In this document: positions 1 through 13,710 of the stretch, in pieces
Numbering within the stretch: position 1 is the stretch's first letter
How the letters are laid out: every line of letters begins with the position of its first letter
NCBI RefSeq assembly: GCF_021869535.1
Contig: NW_026262734.1
Coordinates: forward strand, 87,420,001-87,484,000
Direction: 5' to 3'
Length of the DNA: 64,000 nt
Source of the DNA: Mytilus californianus
Taxonomy: Eukaryota
Program-made: the position numbers and the translations under genes
The notes under the pieces: generated by a model
Databases searched by the model: none
What the model saw: the letters and a program-made list of their open reading frames with translations, nothing else
Told to the model about the DNA's origin: nothing

Positions 1-738
1 AAAGCAAACTAAATATTATTGTTATATACATTTACACATTCATGGATCTACAATCTGTCGATACCTAAATCTTGGCATTGCACAAGGTCATGTTTTTCTC
101 CGATTGTTTATGACGTCTTTACACTAAATCCATTGGATGTTGGATGTGTACGGATTGATAATTTAGTCTTAGATGCATGATTTTTTTTATTAGTTGTTAG
201 TGGCTTTGAACTAGCTGTCAGTAACTGCGAGTACTCTCTGATCTGTATACGTACTTAGTGTCTTTTTGTTTTTTGGATGTACAAGTACCCGGCCACGTCC
301 ACTTGTAGTATTTGTATTTTTATCCATCTGATGAGTTGAGACTCTTTCAACTGATTTTTATAGTTCGTTCTTATGTTGTACTGTTACACCACTATCCCAG
401 GTTACGGGGAGGGTTGGGATCCCGCTAACATGTTTAACCCCGCCACATTCTGTATGTATGAGCCTGTCCCAAGTCAGGAGCCTGTAATTCAGTGGTTGTC
501 GTTTGTTTAAGTGTTACATATTTGTTATTCGTTCATTTTTTGTACATAAATTGGGCTGTTAGTTTTCTCGTTTGAATTGTTTTACATTGTCATTTCGGGG
601 CCTTTTATAGATGACTGTGCGATATGGGCTTTGCTCATTGTTGAAGGCCGTACGGTGACCTACAGTTGTTAATTTCTGTGTCATTTGGTCTCTTGTGGAG
701 AGTTGTCTCATTGGCAATCATACCACATCTTTTTTTTT
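1..738 (+). mobile_element. 3' tail of an abundant dispersed repeat (probable Penelope-like retroelement 3' end), cut by the window edge
   Basis: Contains the motifs CCGCCACATTCTGT..CCCAAGTCAGGAGCCTGTAATTCAGTGG and ends CTCATTGGCAATCATACCACATCTT. These recur at ~13400(-), 20400, 25350, 28480, 41515, 43885(-), 45990 and 54735(-). Confidence 0.7.
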
Positions 739-1990
739 TATATGTGTGGGTTTCTATATTCAAATAAAATTGAGAATAAAAATAGGGAATGTGTCAAAGA
801 GACAACCACGTGGAGACAACAACCTGACCAAAGAGCAGAAAAACAGCCCAAGGCCATCAATGGGTCTTCAACACAGTGAGAAAATCCCGCACCTGGAGGC
901 TGGCATCAGCTGGCCCCTAAACAACAATGTGTACTAGTTCAGTGAAAATGGACATCACACTAAACTCCAAAACATATAAATGAACTAAAATTAAAGAAAC
1001 ATACCAGACTAATAAAGGCAAGAGGCTCGTGAGTTTGGACAGGCGCAAAAACATACCAGATGTCACTGAACATTTTTAATGGAAGAATGAGCATGTACCA
1101 ACGTAATTAAGTAGACAATTTGTTCTTGAAAATAAACAATAAATTACATATAAAAAATGAAAATATTGGTGGTATATATATATTTCAATTCCACAAAAGT
1201 TAAGACTCAAAATACATTTTAAAACATTTTTTGCTATGCCTTCACCCACACTATACATGAATATTTATTAATAGACACACAACTTCCTATGCAACACATG
1301 AAAATTCACATCGTTTAGTTCAAATGTGAAATGCAGAAAAGTATTTTCACAATAGATGCATTTTATCAGCTTACACTATTGTTCAAGCAGATTTCGTCAT
1401 GTCAATCATTCCGCACTACTCAACAATGTATACAGTTGACAAAATGAGTTTTTTTTTGCATTCAATGTTTTGCTAATAATCTGGAGTTAAATTAGAGTGG
1501 TCTATCATTTAACTCTGATGGGGGTGGGTGAAATTTTTCTTACATTTTGTTTTTTTTTCCTTCTTACTAGGCAAGCACCAAATTATTATTTTTTGTTGTA
1601 GGAAGGGCATTATTTGTTGAAGAACTAAACATTCAATGTGATGGCTAAAACTCTCAACAAAATTTTGTTTTTTTTCTTCCTGAACAAAATTTCTGTTCTT
1701 GAAAAATGGTAATCATAATTGTTTTAGAAAACAAGACATAACCCCCACCCTCAGATTTAAATGTTCATTCATTCCCTTAGTGGGCAAGATTCCACTGAAA
1801 TTTTGAAACTTGCATAATCTGTATTTGTATGTACTGGTAAATCATGACTATATATTTATGAAAATGGGGACATTGTAACATCTTAAAAATACATGTATAT
1901 TATGTTTGTCCAAAAATAAAAAGTGAGCAGTTATTTCAATAACTGTTGGCAATTTGACTCTGTGTTTATGCAAAAAATATATAATACTTA

Positions 1991-2153
1991 TAGAATAACT
2001 AATCGAAGAATTCAAATAGAGAAAAATATTCAACAAGTGACCGAACAACACATTAATTCACGAATGCGCGTAGCGCATGAGTTAATTATCAGTGTTGTTC
2101 GGTCACGAGTTGAATATTTTTCGATATTTGAATCCTTTGATTAGTTATTCTTT
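1991..2153. repeat. Fold-back (palindromic) element, ~160 bp
   Basis: Arms AGAATAACTAATC..GTGACCGAACAACAC / GTGTTGTTCGGTCAC..GATTAGTTATTCT surround a central GCGC-GTA-GCGC stem-loop. Confidence 0.8.
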
Positions 2154-2368
2154 TTATTACATTGGCAAATGGCTTTTTTTAATGACATTAATGTAGAAAA
2201 TGTAAGGAACTATATCTTTTTTCTACGCATTCACAATTTGTTTTGATCCGACGTTATCGACGTCTTGACAACGCCTATTGTTGTATGACGTCAGAGAGTG
2301 AAATAACCACGTTTATTTCACATGTGAAATTATCGGTTTTTATTTGACTGGGAAATCAAAGTAATTCA

Positions 2369-2628
2369 GGGGCCTCGGTGGCCGAGTGGTCTAAGTAGTT
2401 ACTACTGTAATCACTAGCCAGTCAACACTGAGGTTGTGAGTTCGAACCCCGCTCGTGCGGGTGCACTCGACTCCAATCTTAATTGACTAGGATTGTCAGT
2501 TTTCCTATCGAAGGTCGGTGGTTTTCTCCGGGCACTCCGGCTTCCTCCACCAATAAAAACTGGCCGCCACGAAATAGCCCAAAAGCGGTGCTTAAAAGTG
2601 GCGTTAAAATACCAAAAATCAAAAAATC
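2369..2628 (+). mobile_element. Full-length tRNA-derived SINE (V/Meta-type central domain) with target-site duplication
   Basis: A box TGGCCGAGTGG, B box GTTCGAACC, central GGTTTTCTCCGGGCACTCCGGCTTCCTCCACC and an (AAATC)n tail. The 16-bp TSD AAATCAA(A/T)GTAATTCA lies at 2353-2368 and 2629-2644. Confidence 0.88.
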
Positions 2629-4131
2629 AAATCAATGTAATTCAATGGTACCAATGTAATAAATGTATATATCCGGCAAATTGTGTATTTGATTGATATT
2701 TCACAAAATACTTTCTGGAAATTGGAAGACTTTATGGCTTTTTTTTATCTCCCCCCCCCCCCCCCCCTCTTTAACATGTATTAAACATATGTTGTAATTA
2801 AACCATGACAGCATATTTTATCATATTTTTAGGACATTTAAGTTTTTGGTATCGGAAAAGCGTAAACAAAATTAAAATAGTGATCTATCAAAAAGTAAAC
2901 AAAGCATTCATTGTTGAAAAAACATCAACTTTTGTTAATACTTAATATATGAATTAGTAAGAATGAATAAAGAGAACTAATTTCAATGATTTAAATGTTA
3001 TTGAGCATTCTAAAAATGGGAAGAACTTTTTTTGTAAAACAATAAAAAAAAAAGTAATACATTGGTTACTGTAAAAAAGACAGCATCCTAACAATAGAAT
3101 GAAAATAGATATACATTTATGATTGCCAATGAGAATAATAATCTACACACCAAAAACCAAAGATATGAACAACAGGATTTTGCAAAAGAGAGGAAGAGGG
3201 GCACCATGGAAAAGTTAAGAATTGGACTTGTAAAAGTAAATGCAGTGATAGTATATGCAGGGGTCCACTCCCCACATCACACTCGGAAACAAATAAGTAA
3301 ATTGTTGAACTACTGAACCCATTATATGAAGTAATTGTATTAAAATATGTACATTCGGTTTGAGGAAATGATTTTTGCCATATCTTGAATATTGTAAGTA
3401 AATTACAACGGAGTATAATAATTATTTCAATTTCAAAAACATTATTTCTATATATACTGTAAAGATAAAAAAAAAAAAAACACTTTTACAAAAGTTTTAT
3501 CACAAATTTAATATCACAACCTTTGAGCACTTTTCTTGCTATTTTTACTATCAATATTTCTGTTATTAATTAAGTAATAATTTTCATCTTAACTAATAAA
3601 TTCTAATACAAAAAACGTTTAAAAGTTTCGCAAATAAGGCAACATATCTAATTCTTAGCATACACTTTTCAATTTAATTCTATTATAACTGTATACAACC
3701 ATAAAAACTTAAAATTGATTTTGAGAGTTTGTTTAGACAGAGTTTCTGTGAAAGCTTTAATAAATTACAAACCACAATGAATTTCCCAAACCAATAATAC
3801 CAGGGGTGCATCAAGGATGTTGCCTTATATTGGGGCATGAAAAATAGGGACAACCTTGCCCTCCAAAAGGTCTATGGCTGAAGCCCCCCAAAGTTCCAGA
3901 CATTTCAGGATTAACATGTTGTTAACATTTTCTTTCTTTTCTTCTCTCTCTCTCTTTGTACTTTCAATCCATACTTTGACACTGCCAAATCCGCCCCTGA
4001 ATTCCTTTTTTTTTATTAGTGACATTTTCATCTCTAAATACAAATGCTTTTACTCTCTGCTCCATTAATGAAATTTTCTCTTTTGAAAAATTAGCTACTC
4101 ACAGCTATGATCAAATGTCTTATTGGTTTAC

Positions 4132-4474
4132 AATAGACTATTTTCATATTACCGACTTTTGACTCCGGATTATATAATTTGTCGACTGGTTCCCTTGGAC
4201 ATCATGGTACCAAGTCAGGTAAGAGCAAGCTAAAGAAGTAAAACCAAGCGTTCAATCGGTACAATTTTGGGGGAAAATTACCTGCTTAACATTTTTTTTT
4301 CACTACAAAATCATCGGAAAACAATAAAATTTCCCCTCAAATTACACCGATTATATGTTTGATTTTACTTATTTTGGTTGCTCTCACTTGACCGAGTACC
4401 ATGAAGTCCAAGGTAAACAGTCGACAAATTATATAATCCGGAGTCAAAAGTCGGTAATATGAAAATAGTCTATT
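4132..4474. mobile_element. MITE with long (~90 bp) terminal inverted repeats
   Basis: AATAGACTATTTTCATATTACCGACTTTTGACTCCGGATTATATAATTTGTCGACT at the left end is matched by its reverse complement at the right end. Confidence 0.8.
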
Positions 4475-5119
4475 ATAAAAAAAAAAATCATACTTTTGAG
4501 CTTTATCTTTTAGAAATTTTGTTTTTGAATAATAAGAATTAAACATTAAAATTCATTTTATATATATAACTTCAAATATTATTAATTTTCCCTGTTTTTT
4601 ATTTTCCTTGTATTTACTCACGGTATAAACATCTTTGACATTTAAAAAAAAAATCTCATTTGACTAGACCATATATAGATACAGTGCCATAATTGTAGTA
4701 ACATTTGACAAGAGAAATAAAGAACGATTGAAAATGTCACATAAATTGAAATTCATAAAATTAATGTTGTTTATCTTAGTAAACTAATAGTTCTAGGACA
4801 TTAAGCTGAAAGCAAGCATACATTTTATAAGTGGGGCAAAAAGATGAAATGATTAAAATGTCTTATCTACAATTTTCAATGGAAACATTTATAATCATAT
4901 ACATGTATTAACTAAAGTTAAATTAAATAAATGTTTACGAACAATAAAAAGTACATTTAATCAAACAATGAACTTCAATTTGATAGTATAACTTTAAACT
5001 CACTCTGGTACAAGAATATGGTACAAATGATAGATTTGTCTGCACAACCATAACAACAGAATTCAATCATGACCAAGAACTTAATGTTTTACAAAATGTT
5101 AGCTTGTTTTAAGCCTTTA

Positions 5120-5419
5120 GGGAGCTACCTTTTGATTTTTATGGGGGGGGGGGGGGGGGGGGGGGTAGGATGAAAAATTGTGTCCTGCCTTTTTTTCAAT
5201 TGTAATCTCGGTCCAGTGCCTTTTTATTTTTCACTTTATTCGGTCCTGCCTTTTTTTTTTATTAGTTTATCCTGAATTTTTATACATAATTTGTCATCCT
5301 GCCTATCTTTTTTGGCAAGTTGCTCATCCTGCCCTTTTTTTACTCAAAACTTCTGTCCTGCCTTTTTTTCAAATTTCATCCTAGCCCCCCCCCCCCATTA
5401 AAATCAAATGGTAGCTCCC
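5120..5419. mobile_element. PIF/Harbinger-like MITE (TTA TSD)
   Basis: TIR GGGAGCTACC..GGTAGCTCCC, flanked by TTA on both sides, with internal TCCTGCC repeats. A sister copy lies at 11022-11305. Confidence 0.75.
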
Positions 5420-5674
5420 TTAGAGAATAACACAAAAAAGGGAAACAAGCTTATCTTTTCTCATAGTCATTCAACTTAATTTATGTGGAAGCTTGACATG
5501 GAACATTGAAGGTAAACTCCCAATCCATATGGTGGTGGAATATGTGTACACTCTGAACACTGTTTGTAATCAAGATTTAAATTTTTGCTCATTGTTGATG
5601 GTGACCTATATTTGCTTAAATCTACATCCTTTGGTCACTGGTGGGTTCTTGTGTCATTGGCAATCATAACACAT

Positions 5675-5890
5675 CAGGGTCAGAATTGGGGTTCTTCATT
5701 TCTGTATTCTTAATTTTTTTAAGCCTTTTTTTCTCCATTCTTTATAAATTTTGACAATTTTTCTCTATTCTTTATATTTTAGCACCCCATTATTCTATAT
5801 TTTTATTTTTTGGGCTATTTTTCTCCATTCTTTATATTTTTTGCCCTTTATTCTGCACATTACTTTTTTATTCTACCCATCCAGACCCTC
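5675..5890. mobile_element. MITE with GAGGGTCTGGATGG-type TIRs and 6-bp TSD, nested in an older repeat tail
   Basis: TSD ACACAT at 5669-5674 and 5891-5896. It splits the CAATCATACCACATC motif of the abundant tail repeat. Confidence 0.72.
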
Positions 5891-6695
5891 ACACATCATA
5901 ATGTGATGACCTGATTTTTATTCTGAATGGCTATGATACCTTGTATTGTTCTAGATCTATTATTGTACATGTTATTAATACTGAGTCATATTTATGTATT
6001 AAGAAGAATAATGTTTCAATAAATATCTGTGTATGATAAAATGCCCTATTGTGTCTTCTCCTATATACTGATCTATTTATCTACATAAGCCAATGTTTTA
6101 TAAATTTGGTAATGTATTTGGGCTGGACAAGAGATAGGCGAAAGATGCCAAAGGGACATTCAAACTCATAAGTAAAAAAAAATTGACAATGCCATGCCAA
6201 AAAAAAAAAAATGAAAAACGACCAAAAGACAAACAACAGTATACAAAACACAACATAGAAAAGTACAGACTGAACAACATGAGCCCCACCAAAAACCAGT
6301 GGTTGATCTCAAGTGCTCTGAAAAAAATATGCAGATCCTGAACTCAGAAATACTCTCAAATCTTTTTTTAATCATAACAGTTCGCTGATAACTGGGCTCT
6401 AGAGAATTTCATTTCTTTAAAGCTTAGACCTTGCACTTTTATTTTCAATGTTTTTGTAGTAAGAGATATAGGTCATTTCAAGATAAAACTGTTTAAAATC
6501 TACAAAATTCTTAGGTTTTTGTCCTATATTCACTATTAATGCTGACAATACAAAAACTTTTCAGACTAAAAATGTTTGACAAACAATTTAACATAAATAG
6601 CACACATAAACATTGTTAACATTTTTGGATCTGTCTAGTTTTGCATAAATGGAAACAAATATTACCATAACCAAAATATGGCAGATTTATCTTAA

Positions 6696-6969
6696 GGTGG
6701 CACATAACACTACAGGGAGATAACTCTGTGAAAATCAGCTGAACGTTTTAATCAGGTTCTATTGTTAAGGAAATATTAAGCTTCTCAATGATCAAAATTA
6801 GTGTTTTTCAAACTGCTATATATCCAATGAAATTTTCACAATAAAGTGTGTGGTTCAAGTTTTTTGAAATATTTATATTTTTGTCAAAGGGTCAAAGCAA
6901 ATATTTTGTTAAAATTTTATGAAAATTAAATGAGCCAAATTAATTTTAGTCAAGGTGTTTGGTACCACC
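6696..6969. mobile_element. 274-bp MITE with TTAA TSD (Kolobok-like)
   Basis: TTAA|GGTGGCAC...GTACCACC|TTAA. A second 274-bp copy lies in the opposite orientation at 60619-60892. Confidence 0.75.
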
Positions 6970-7799
6970 TTAAATTATTTGATTGATTTTTATGTAGTAC
7001 TGTATGTGCATGTAAATGAATAATGCTTACTTATTGAAAACTTGTAAAATATGGCACTTATTAATAAGTTAAAAAGCTAGAACTACCAGTAGATTGATTT
7101 TGCCATTATTTTGCTATTTCATTACATGACTTGGAAAATCAACCTTAATGATAAAGTAAACATGTCAAATTACAACACTTTAGTTAAGAATTATTAGACT
7201 TCTGAAGAAATAAAAGCACTACAGAAAAAAAGGCCAATAATAAAAAATGATCGTTTGACAATCAAGGCCTTTTGCAGTTCTAACATTTTCATTCAGCATG
7301 TTCAATATTTTCTCAAATCCCTTAATAAAAATCCATGTCTCAATATGCATATGATATTAGGAAAAATACAGTTTTCACATTTTTTACATAAAAAAATGAT
7401 AACACAAGAATGATTTCTGGTATAACAATATTGGACTTAAACTACAAATGTTAAATGATGAAAAAAATGGATCTAACTGAAATACAGATCTGGTGTCCTC
7501 GCTTAAAATTAACTTAGATCTTATAATTCTCTGTTTTCTATCTGTTGTGAGCTTAGGGATCCTTGAGCTTGTGTAAACAATATTCACCTTAAAAAATTTA
7601 GAGGAAGAAATTTCATTGGTTGATGTAATAATTAACAGAACAGGGTCTCAAAAATGTTTGTAAGCAAAGCCTGGACACAGGATCTTGCATCTGTATTTCA
7701 ATTACAAATGAAAAAAAATGTCACTGGGTTAACAAAATTTGCTTTGACAATATCACATCATATCACAATCATTGAATTGTATGAAACAACATGTATCAA

Positions 7800-8085
7800 T
7801 TACTTTGAGCTTTTAGACTGAAACATTGCTGAGATTTCTGTGAAGGTGTCATAAGATATGTCTTCTTTCACTTCAACGGCCCAATGTCCAAATTTTTTGG
7901 CTTCTTTAGTATTGTCTGTATCATCGTCGAAAAGGATGACTTCGTTTGGCTTAATAATTTCATGTCTATTTTTGTACAAAGAAGTTAGCACATCAGCAAT
8001 ATGAGCCTCTTTCCCGTTTATTTCGTAATTATTCCTCTCCAAAAAGTCAGATGTGTTCCCTCTCACTACTATTTTCAATGCATCT
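7800..8085 (-). CDS. HAD-superfamily phosphatase-like protein, coding exon 2 of 2 (C-terminal half)
   Basis: Acceptor TTTTTTTTTACAG|A completes the phase-2 codon AG|A from exon 1. Encodes DALKIVVRGNT..GKEAHI (motif III Lys)..VILFDD (motif IV)..SKSSK*, with TAA at 7800-7802. Confidence 0.88.
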
Positions 8086-8329
8086 CTGTAAAAAAAACCA
8101 AAAAAAAAAACACTTCAATATATTTTGAACAATATTTTAACACCATTAAACAAGCTTGATACAGCACTGAATTTGGATTGTGATTAAATATTTGACAGAG
8201 CTTAGGTTTCTGACACAGAATGAATGTGGTCTAAGAACTTAAAATTTTTTAATTTACCTATTCAAACCATATCATTATTATTTGCTTTTATATATAAATC
8301 AGAAATAACCAGTTTAAAATGGAAAATTT

Positions 8330-9868
8330 GAAAGAAAAAAAAAGGAAACCCCCCCCCCCCCATTTTTTGAACCCCCTTATGATTCATCACCCCCAAACTC
8401 AATCCCAGCCTTCCTTTTGTGGTATGGTACCTTGCAGTACAATTTCAGAGAGATCCATACACTTGAACACCAGTTATTGTCTGAAAACTAGAAAAATGCT
8501 TGTTTTTTGGCCCCTTTTTGGCCCCAAATTCCTAAACATTTAGGGCAATCACCCCCAAACTCAAACCCAGCTTTCCCTTTGTGATATGGAACCTTGTAGT
8601 ACAATTTCATAAAGATCCATACACTTACACACAAGTTATTGTCCTGAAACTAGAAAAATGCTTGTTTTTTGCCCCTAATTCCTAAAATTTTGAGGCAATT
8701 ACCTCCAAAATTATTCCCAGCCTTCCCTTTGTGGTATGGTACCTTGCAGAATAATTTCAAAGAGATCCATACACTTGAACACACGTTATTGTCTGGAAAC
8801 TAGAAAAATACTTATTTTTGGCCCCCTTTTGGCCCCTTATTCCTAAACATTTTGGGCAATTACCCCAAACTCAATTCCAGCTTTCCCTTTGTGATATGGA
8901 ACCTTGTAGTACAATTTCATAAAGTTCCATACACTTACACACAAGTTATTGTCTGGAAACTAGAAAAATGCTTCTTTTTTTGCCCCTTTTTGGCCCCTAA
9001 TTCCTAACATTTTGAGGCAATTACCCCCAAAATCAATCCCAGCCTTCCCTTTGTGATATGGAACCTTGTGGTACAATGTCAGAGAGATCCATACACTTAC
9101 ACACAAGTTATTGTCCTGAAACTAGAAAAATGCTTGTTTTTTGCTCCTTTTTTGGCCCCTTATTCCTAAAATTTTGAGGCAATTACCCCCAAAATCAATC
9201 CAAGCTTTCCCTTTGTGATATGGAACCTTGCATTTCAATTTCAGAGAGATCCATACACTTGAACACAAGTTATTGTCTTGAAACTAGAAAAATGCTTATT
9301 TTTGGGCCCTTTTTGGCCCCTTTTTCCTAAACCTTTTGGGCAATTACCCCTAAACTCAATTCCAGCTTTTCCTTTGTGAAATGGAACCTTGTAGTACAAT
9401 TTCAGAAAGATCCATAGACTTACACACAAGTTATTGTCATGAAACTAGAAAACTGCTTGTTTTTTGCCCCTTTTTTGGCCCCATATTTCCTAAAATTTTG
9501 AGGCAATTACCCCCAAAATCAATCCAAGCATTTCCTTTGTGATATGGAACCTTGTGGTACAATGTCAGAGAGATCCATGATACACTAACACACAAGTTAT
9601 GTCTGGAAGTTACAAAAATGCTTATTTTTGGCCCCTTTTTGGCCCCTAATTCCTTAACTGTTGGTACCATAACCCCCAAAATCGTTCCCTGCCTTCCTTT
9701 TGTGGTATTGAACCTTATGGTAAAATTTCATAGAGATCCATTCACTTAAACTAAAGTTAGAGTGCGAAAACCAATGTGTCTGCGGACGACAACGACGCCG
9801 GATGACGATGACGACGCTAACGTCATACCAATATACGACCGCAAAATTTTTTTGCGGTCGTATAAAAA
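8330..9868 (+). mobile_element. HINE/pearl-like element carrying 9 tandem ~162-bp units
   Basis: The AGATCC anchor recurs at 8451, 8613, 8763, 8923, 9085, 9247, 9408, 9571 and 9734. It is followed by a (GAC)n microsatellite, the terminal hairpin ATACGACCGCAAAATTTTTTTGCGGTCGTAT and an A-run. The 5' boundary is approximate. Confidence 0.8.
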
Positions 9869-11021
9869 TACTGTAAAGTCAGAAATTAATGCGTGCATTT
9901 ATTATTGCAAATCCTTGACCTCTGACAAAAATGTGAAACATTATAAATGATTGAAAAGGAAAATCACAACTGACATTATGAATGCAATTTTTATTATTGC
10001 GACAATGATACTGTTGCATTTATTGAATTAATAAAAACATTGCAATAATTTCTGAATTTACAATAATCACATTTAATCATTTGTCAATGACATAGTCATG
10101 ATTGTCACCTTTCTTATGCTGTTTAAATTAATTACGTGTATGGATTTCAACTGTTAAAAACATGCATGCACATTGCACATTCTAATGCATTGCAAAAGAT
10201 TGTGGATTCCTCTAATGTTTTTTTACCTTTCTGTATGAAAGATACTTTAAAGTTTTACCATCAGATTTGATTGAATGATCCGTGTGGTGTGTTATTCATG
10301 CAGAACAGAAGCGTTAATTCTTGCTATTCCTACATTTTAATATCAGTTGTAAGAAATCCACCAGGGACTTTCTATACTAACGCATAGACTGTCCCTGAAT
10401 TCATGTAGGGATATGAGAAATAATTGATTAAAACAAAGGATTAAATCAAATTAGGTTGTAAAAACATTAACCTAATAATCATGATAATATTAAAACCCCT
10501 TTAGTTGTCTTCACCGGCCTTTTGCTTTTGCACCAATTGGCATTTCATTTGTGCCACAAACCATATTTCATTAGCGCAAAATTTATCCACTCTCGACGAG
10601 CCTCGCGTTTTAAATTTGAAAATTTAACTGTCTCAAGTGGATAAATATCGTATCACACTCGATGCAGTGGTAGAATCTATATATATTGAAAAAAGACTTT
10701 TGATAATTATGTTACAACAAAGTTTTGATAGCACAATGAAATATATATCCATTATGAACCACATTCATCATAATTTTTTTTTTAAATGCTGACATTGTAC
10801 TTTCTGAGTCTCTGAAACTGTGGTTGACTGTTCGTTTAATGTTTTCATAATGGTTTTGCTGTCAACATATATACGTTGTGATTGTGACTTTGCAACTTTT
10901 TGGGGTACATCCATATACATGATAGATGACGTGTCTCCTTTTTCAATAATTTTGTTATTTTGATCTTTCATGTCTGGTCAACTTGACCATGTGAACACTA
11001 TACAATTGAATACCTATATTA

Positions 11022-11305
11022 GGGAGCTACCAATTGATTTTTAGGGGGGGGGGGGGTAGTATGAAAAATTTTGTCCTGCATTTTTTTTTAGTTGTAATCT
11101 CTGTTCTGCCTTTTTATTTTTCACTCTATTCAGTCCTGCCTTTTTTTTTATTAGTTTATCCTGATTTTTTTTTATATAAATTGTCATCCTGAGTTTTTTT
11201 TTTTGCAAAGTTGATTATCCTGCCTTTTTTTTCCCTCAAAACTCCTGTCCTGCCTTTTGTTCAAATTTCATCCTAGCCCCCCATAAAAATCAAAGGGTAG
11301 CTCCC
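11022..11305. mobile_element. PIF/Harbinger-like MITE (sister of 5120-5419)
   Basis: Same GGGAGCTACC TIRs and TCCTGCC internal repeats, with TTA/TAA flanks. Confidence 0.72.
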
Positions 11306-12089
11306 TAAATGACTCAGTTTTGTATAAGAAATGAGTTTGAATTCACTTATCCAGGGTAGATACTCTAGGAAATTTCTTGTACGATCCTGATACACCTGAT
11401 ATTAAAACGTTTCTGGTATATTTTACCTGTGTTTGGCCCAATTGCGGTATTTATTTTTGGCGCAATGAATAACCTTGCAGCGCAAATGAAATACTGAATA
11501 TTTAAAAAATTGGTGCAAATGCAATGCACCCGTCTTCACTGTGCAATTTTGAAAAATACTTAAAGAAGAAAATGTTATTTCGTTTTAAATCAAATACAAG
11601 TTCTTGAACGTTCTTGTTTCATTCAAACTATCCTGAATGTATCTTTATTCTGTTTTTTTAAAACCTGTTGTGCTTAATTCCCTGTGTAAAGAAAGATCTT
11701 TATCAATGAGTGTATTATAACATACAATAAATCAAATCGAATCAAATTGGTAAACTCATTATACTTATTTACATTGTTCATGTTGTTTGTAAATCCTCCC
11801 AAAAAAAGTTTACAACAAGAATCACTATAAACAGTACAGGGTATGACTTTAATAGACCGTCGTCAAGGGATTTCATTATGAAGTATATTAGTGGTGTCTT
11901 CCTGGAATACGTACATTTTATAAAATATCTAATCCTAGACTTATAATTGAAACAAATAAATGAAATAAGTTGTGTTTATAAATAATAATAATTTTATTTG
12001 CAAAATACACCCATATGGGTCAAGCAAACACAAATACAAACATATATAATACAGAAAGTGAAGAATTACAAATATAAACATAAAAAATT

Positions 12090-12972
12090 CGTAAGGGTTC
12101 CGCGGAACCCAGTGTCTCGCCTACTTTTGCTGTTAATCGCAGGCTCAACAAAAATGAGGAAAAAAATTAATAAAAATATTCCTCTCTATACTATCTGTTG
12201 ATTGTAAGTAGCTTCTGTCCAAGTTTGGTAAAAATCCAGGATAGTTTATCAATCTAATAAATGTTTTAAAAACTTAAAGTGCAGACTGTATGTAATGTTA
12301 ACTGGAAGAAAAACTAAGTCCATTTACAAGTAAAATACGGAAAAAATGGAATTTATTTTTTACTTTTTTACAAAATTTACTTCTGGATACTATCTTTTGA
12401 TCATAAACAAGGTTCTTTCCAAGTTTGGTAGAAATCCAGGATAGTTTAAGAAAGTTATTAAAATTTCAAAAACTTTAACCACAGAGTGAATGTAATGTTT
12501 CATGGCAGAAAAACTAAGTCCATTTATAAGTAAAATACAGAAAAAATGGAATTTTTTTTTTACAAAATTTACTTCTGGATACTATCTTTTGATCATAAAC
12601 AAGCTTCTTTCCAAGTTTGGTAGAAATCCAGGATAGTTTAAGAAAGTTATTAAAATTTCAAAAACTTTAACCACAGAGTGAATGTTATGTTTCTTGGCAG
12701 AAAAACTAAGTCCATTTATAAGTAAAATACGGAAAAATTGGAATTTTTTTTTTACAAAATTTACTTTTGAATATTATCTTATGATCATAAACAAGCTTCT
12801 GTCGAAGTTTGGTAGAAATCCAGGATAGTTTAAGAAAGTTATTAAAATTTGAAAAACTTTAACCACAGAGTGAATATTTGTGGACGCCGCCGACGACGAC
12901 GACGACGACGCCGACGGAATGTAGGATCGCTATGTCTCGCTTTTTCGACAAAAGTCGAAGGCTCGACAAAAA
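12090..12972 (+). mobile_element. HINE-like element with ~192-bp internal tandem units
   Basis: 5' palindrome GGGTTCCGCGGAACCC and sub-terminal TGTCTCGC at both ends. The CCAAGTTTGG anchor lies at 12219, 12419, 12611 and 12803. It ends with (GAC)n and the 3' hairpin TTCGACAAAAGTCGAA. Confidence 0.78.
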
Positions 12973-13398
12973 ACATAGTTATAAATGGTAATGTAACCCT
13001 TGATGAACATGGACCTCATTTTCACAGTTCTAAAGATTGCTTTATAAAGTCACCAACTTCTGTCAAAAGCTCAGATTCAGGATTTAAAAGTTGTTTTAGC
13101 TTTAAAAGTGGTTGATAATTTGTATAATCAGGGTTTAAATTATTAATCTTTAAAAATACGCCATCTCTTAAAGTTTAGTTCAGTTTGCAATATAGAAAAA
13201 AATGGTATTCATCATCAAGTTTATTACAAAGTTTACATAACCATGATAACCTTTGATTTCTGGGTACATTTTTATATCTTCCCATTTCAACTTCTAGGTT
13301 ATGGTCACTAACCCTTAATTAAGAAATTAATAGTCTGGTTTTAAAATTTGATTCATTTAATAAATAATTCTCAATTTTTATCTCAGATTTTTTTTAGA

Positions 13399-13710
13399 TA
13401 TAAGAAGATGTGGTATGAGTGCCAATGAAACAACTCTCCATCCAAGACAAAATTTATAAAAGTAAACCATTATAGGTCAAAGTACGGTCTTCAACACGGA
13501 GCCTTGGCTCACACCAAACAGCAAGCTATAAAGGGCCCCAAAAATTACTAGTGTAAAACCATTCAAACGGGAAAACCAACGGTCTAATCTATATAAAAAA
13601 ACGAGAAACGAGAAACACTTATGAACAACATCAACAAACGACAACTACTGACCATCAGATTCCTGACTTAAGACAGGTGCCAACAATTGCAGCGGGTTTG
13701 AACGTTTTTT
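13399..13710 (-). repeat. Copy of the abundant tail repeat
   Basis: Reverse complement of the ..CTCATTGGCACTCATACCACATCTTCTT terminus and its body motifs. Confidence 0.7.

Noticed and set aside
325-360. CTGATGAG followed by a stem in the abundant tail repeat (also ~20365, ~44280) as a hammerhead
   Set aside because: No GAAA follows stem II and no stem I/III arrangement can be drawn.
2369-2460. Possible tRNA gene
   Set aside because: No canonical cloverleaf is evident, and it continues into a SINE body and tail with a TSD.
12849-13115. ORF with a poly-Arg run
   Set aside because: It is a translation of the (GAC)n microsatellite at the end of a HINE-like element.
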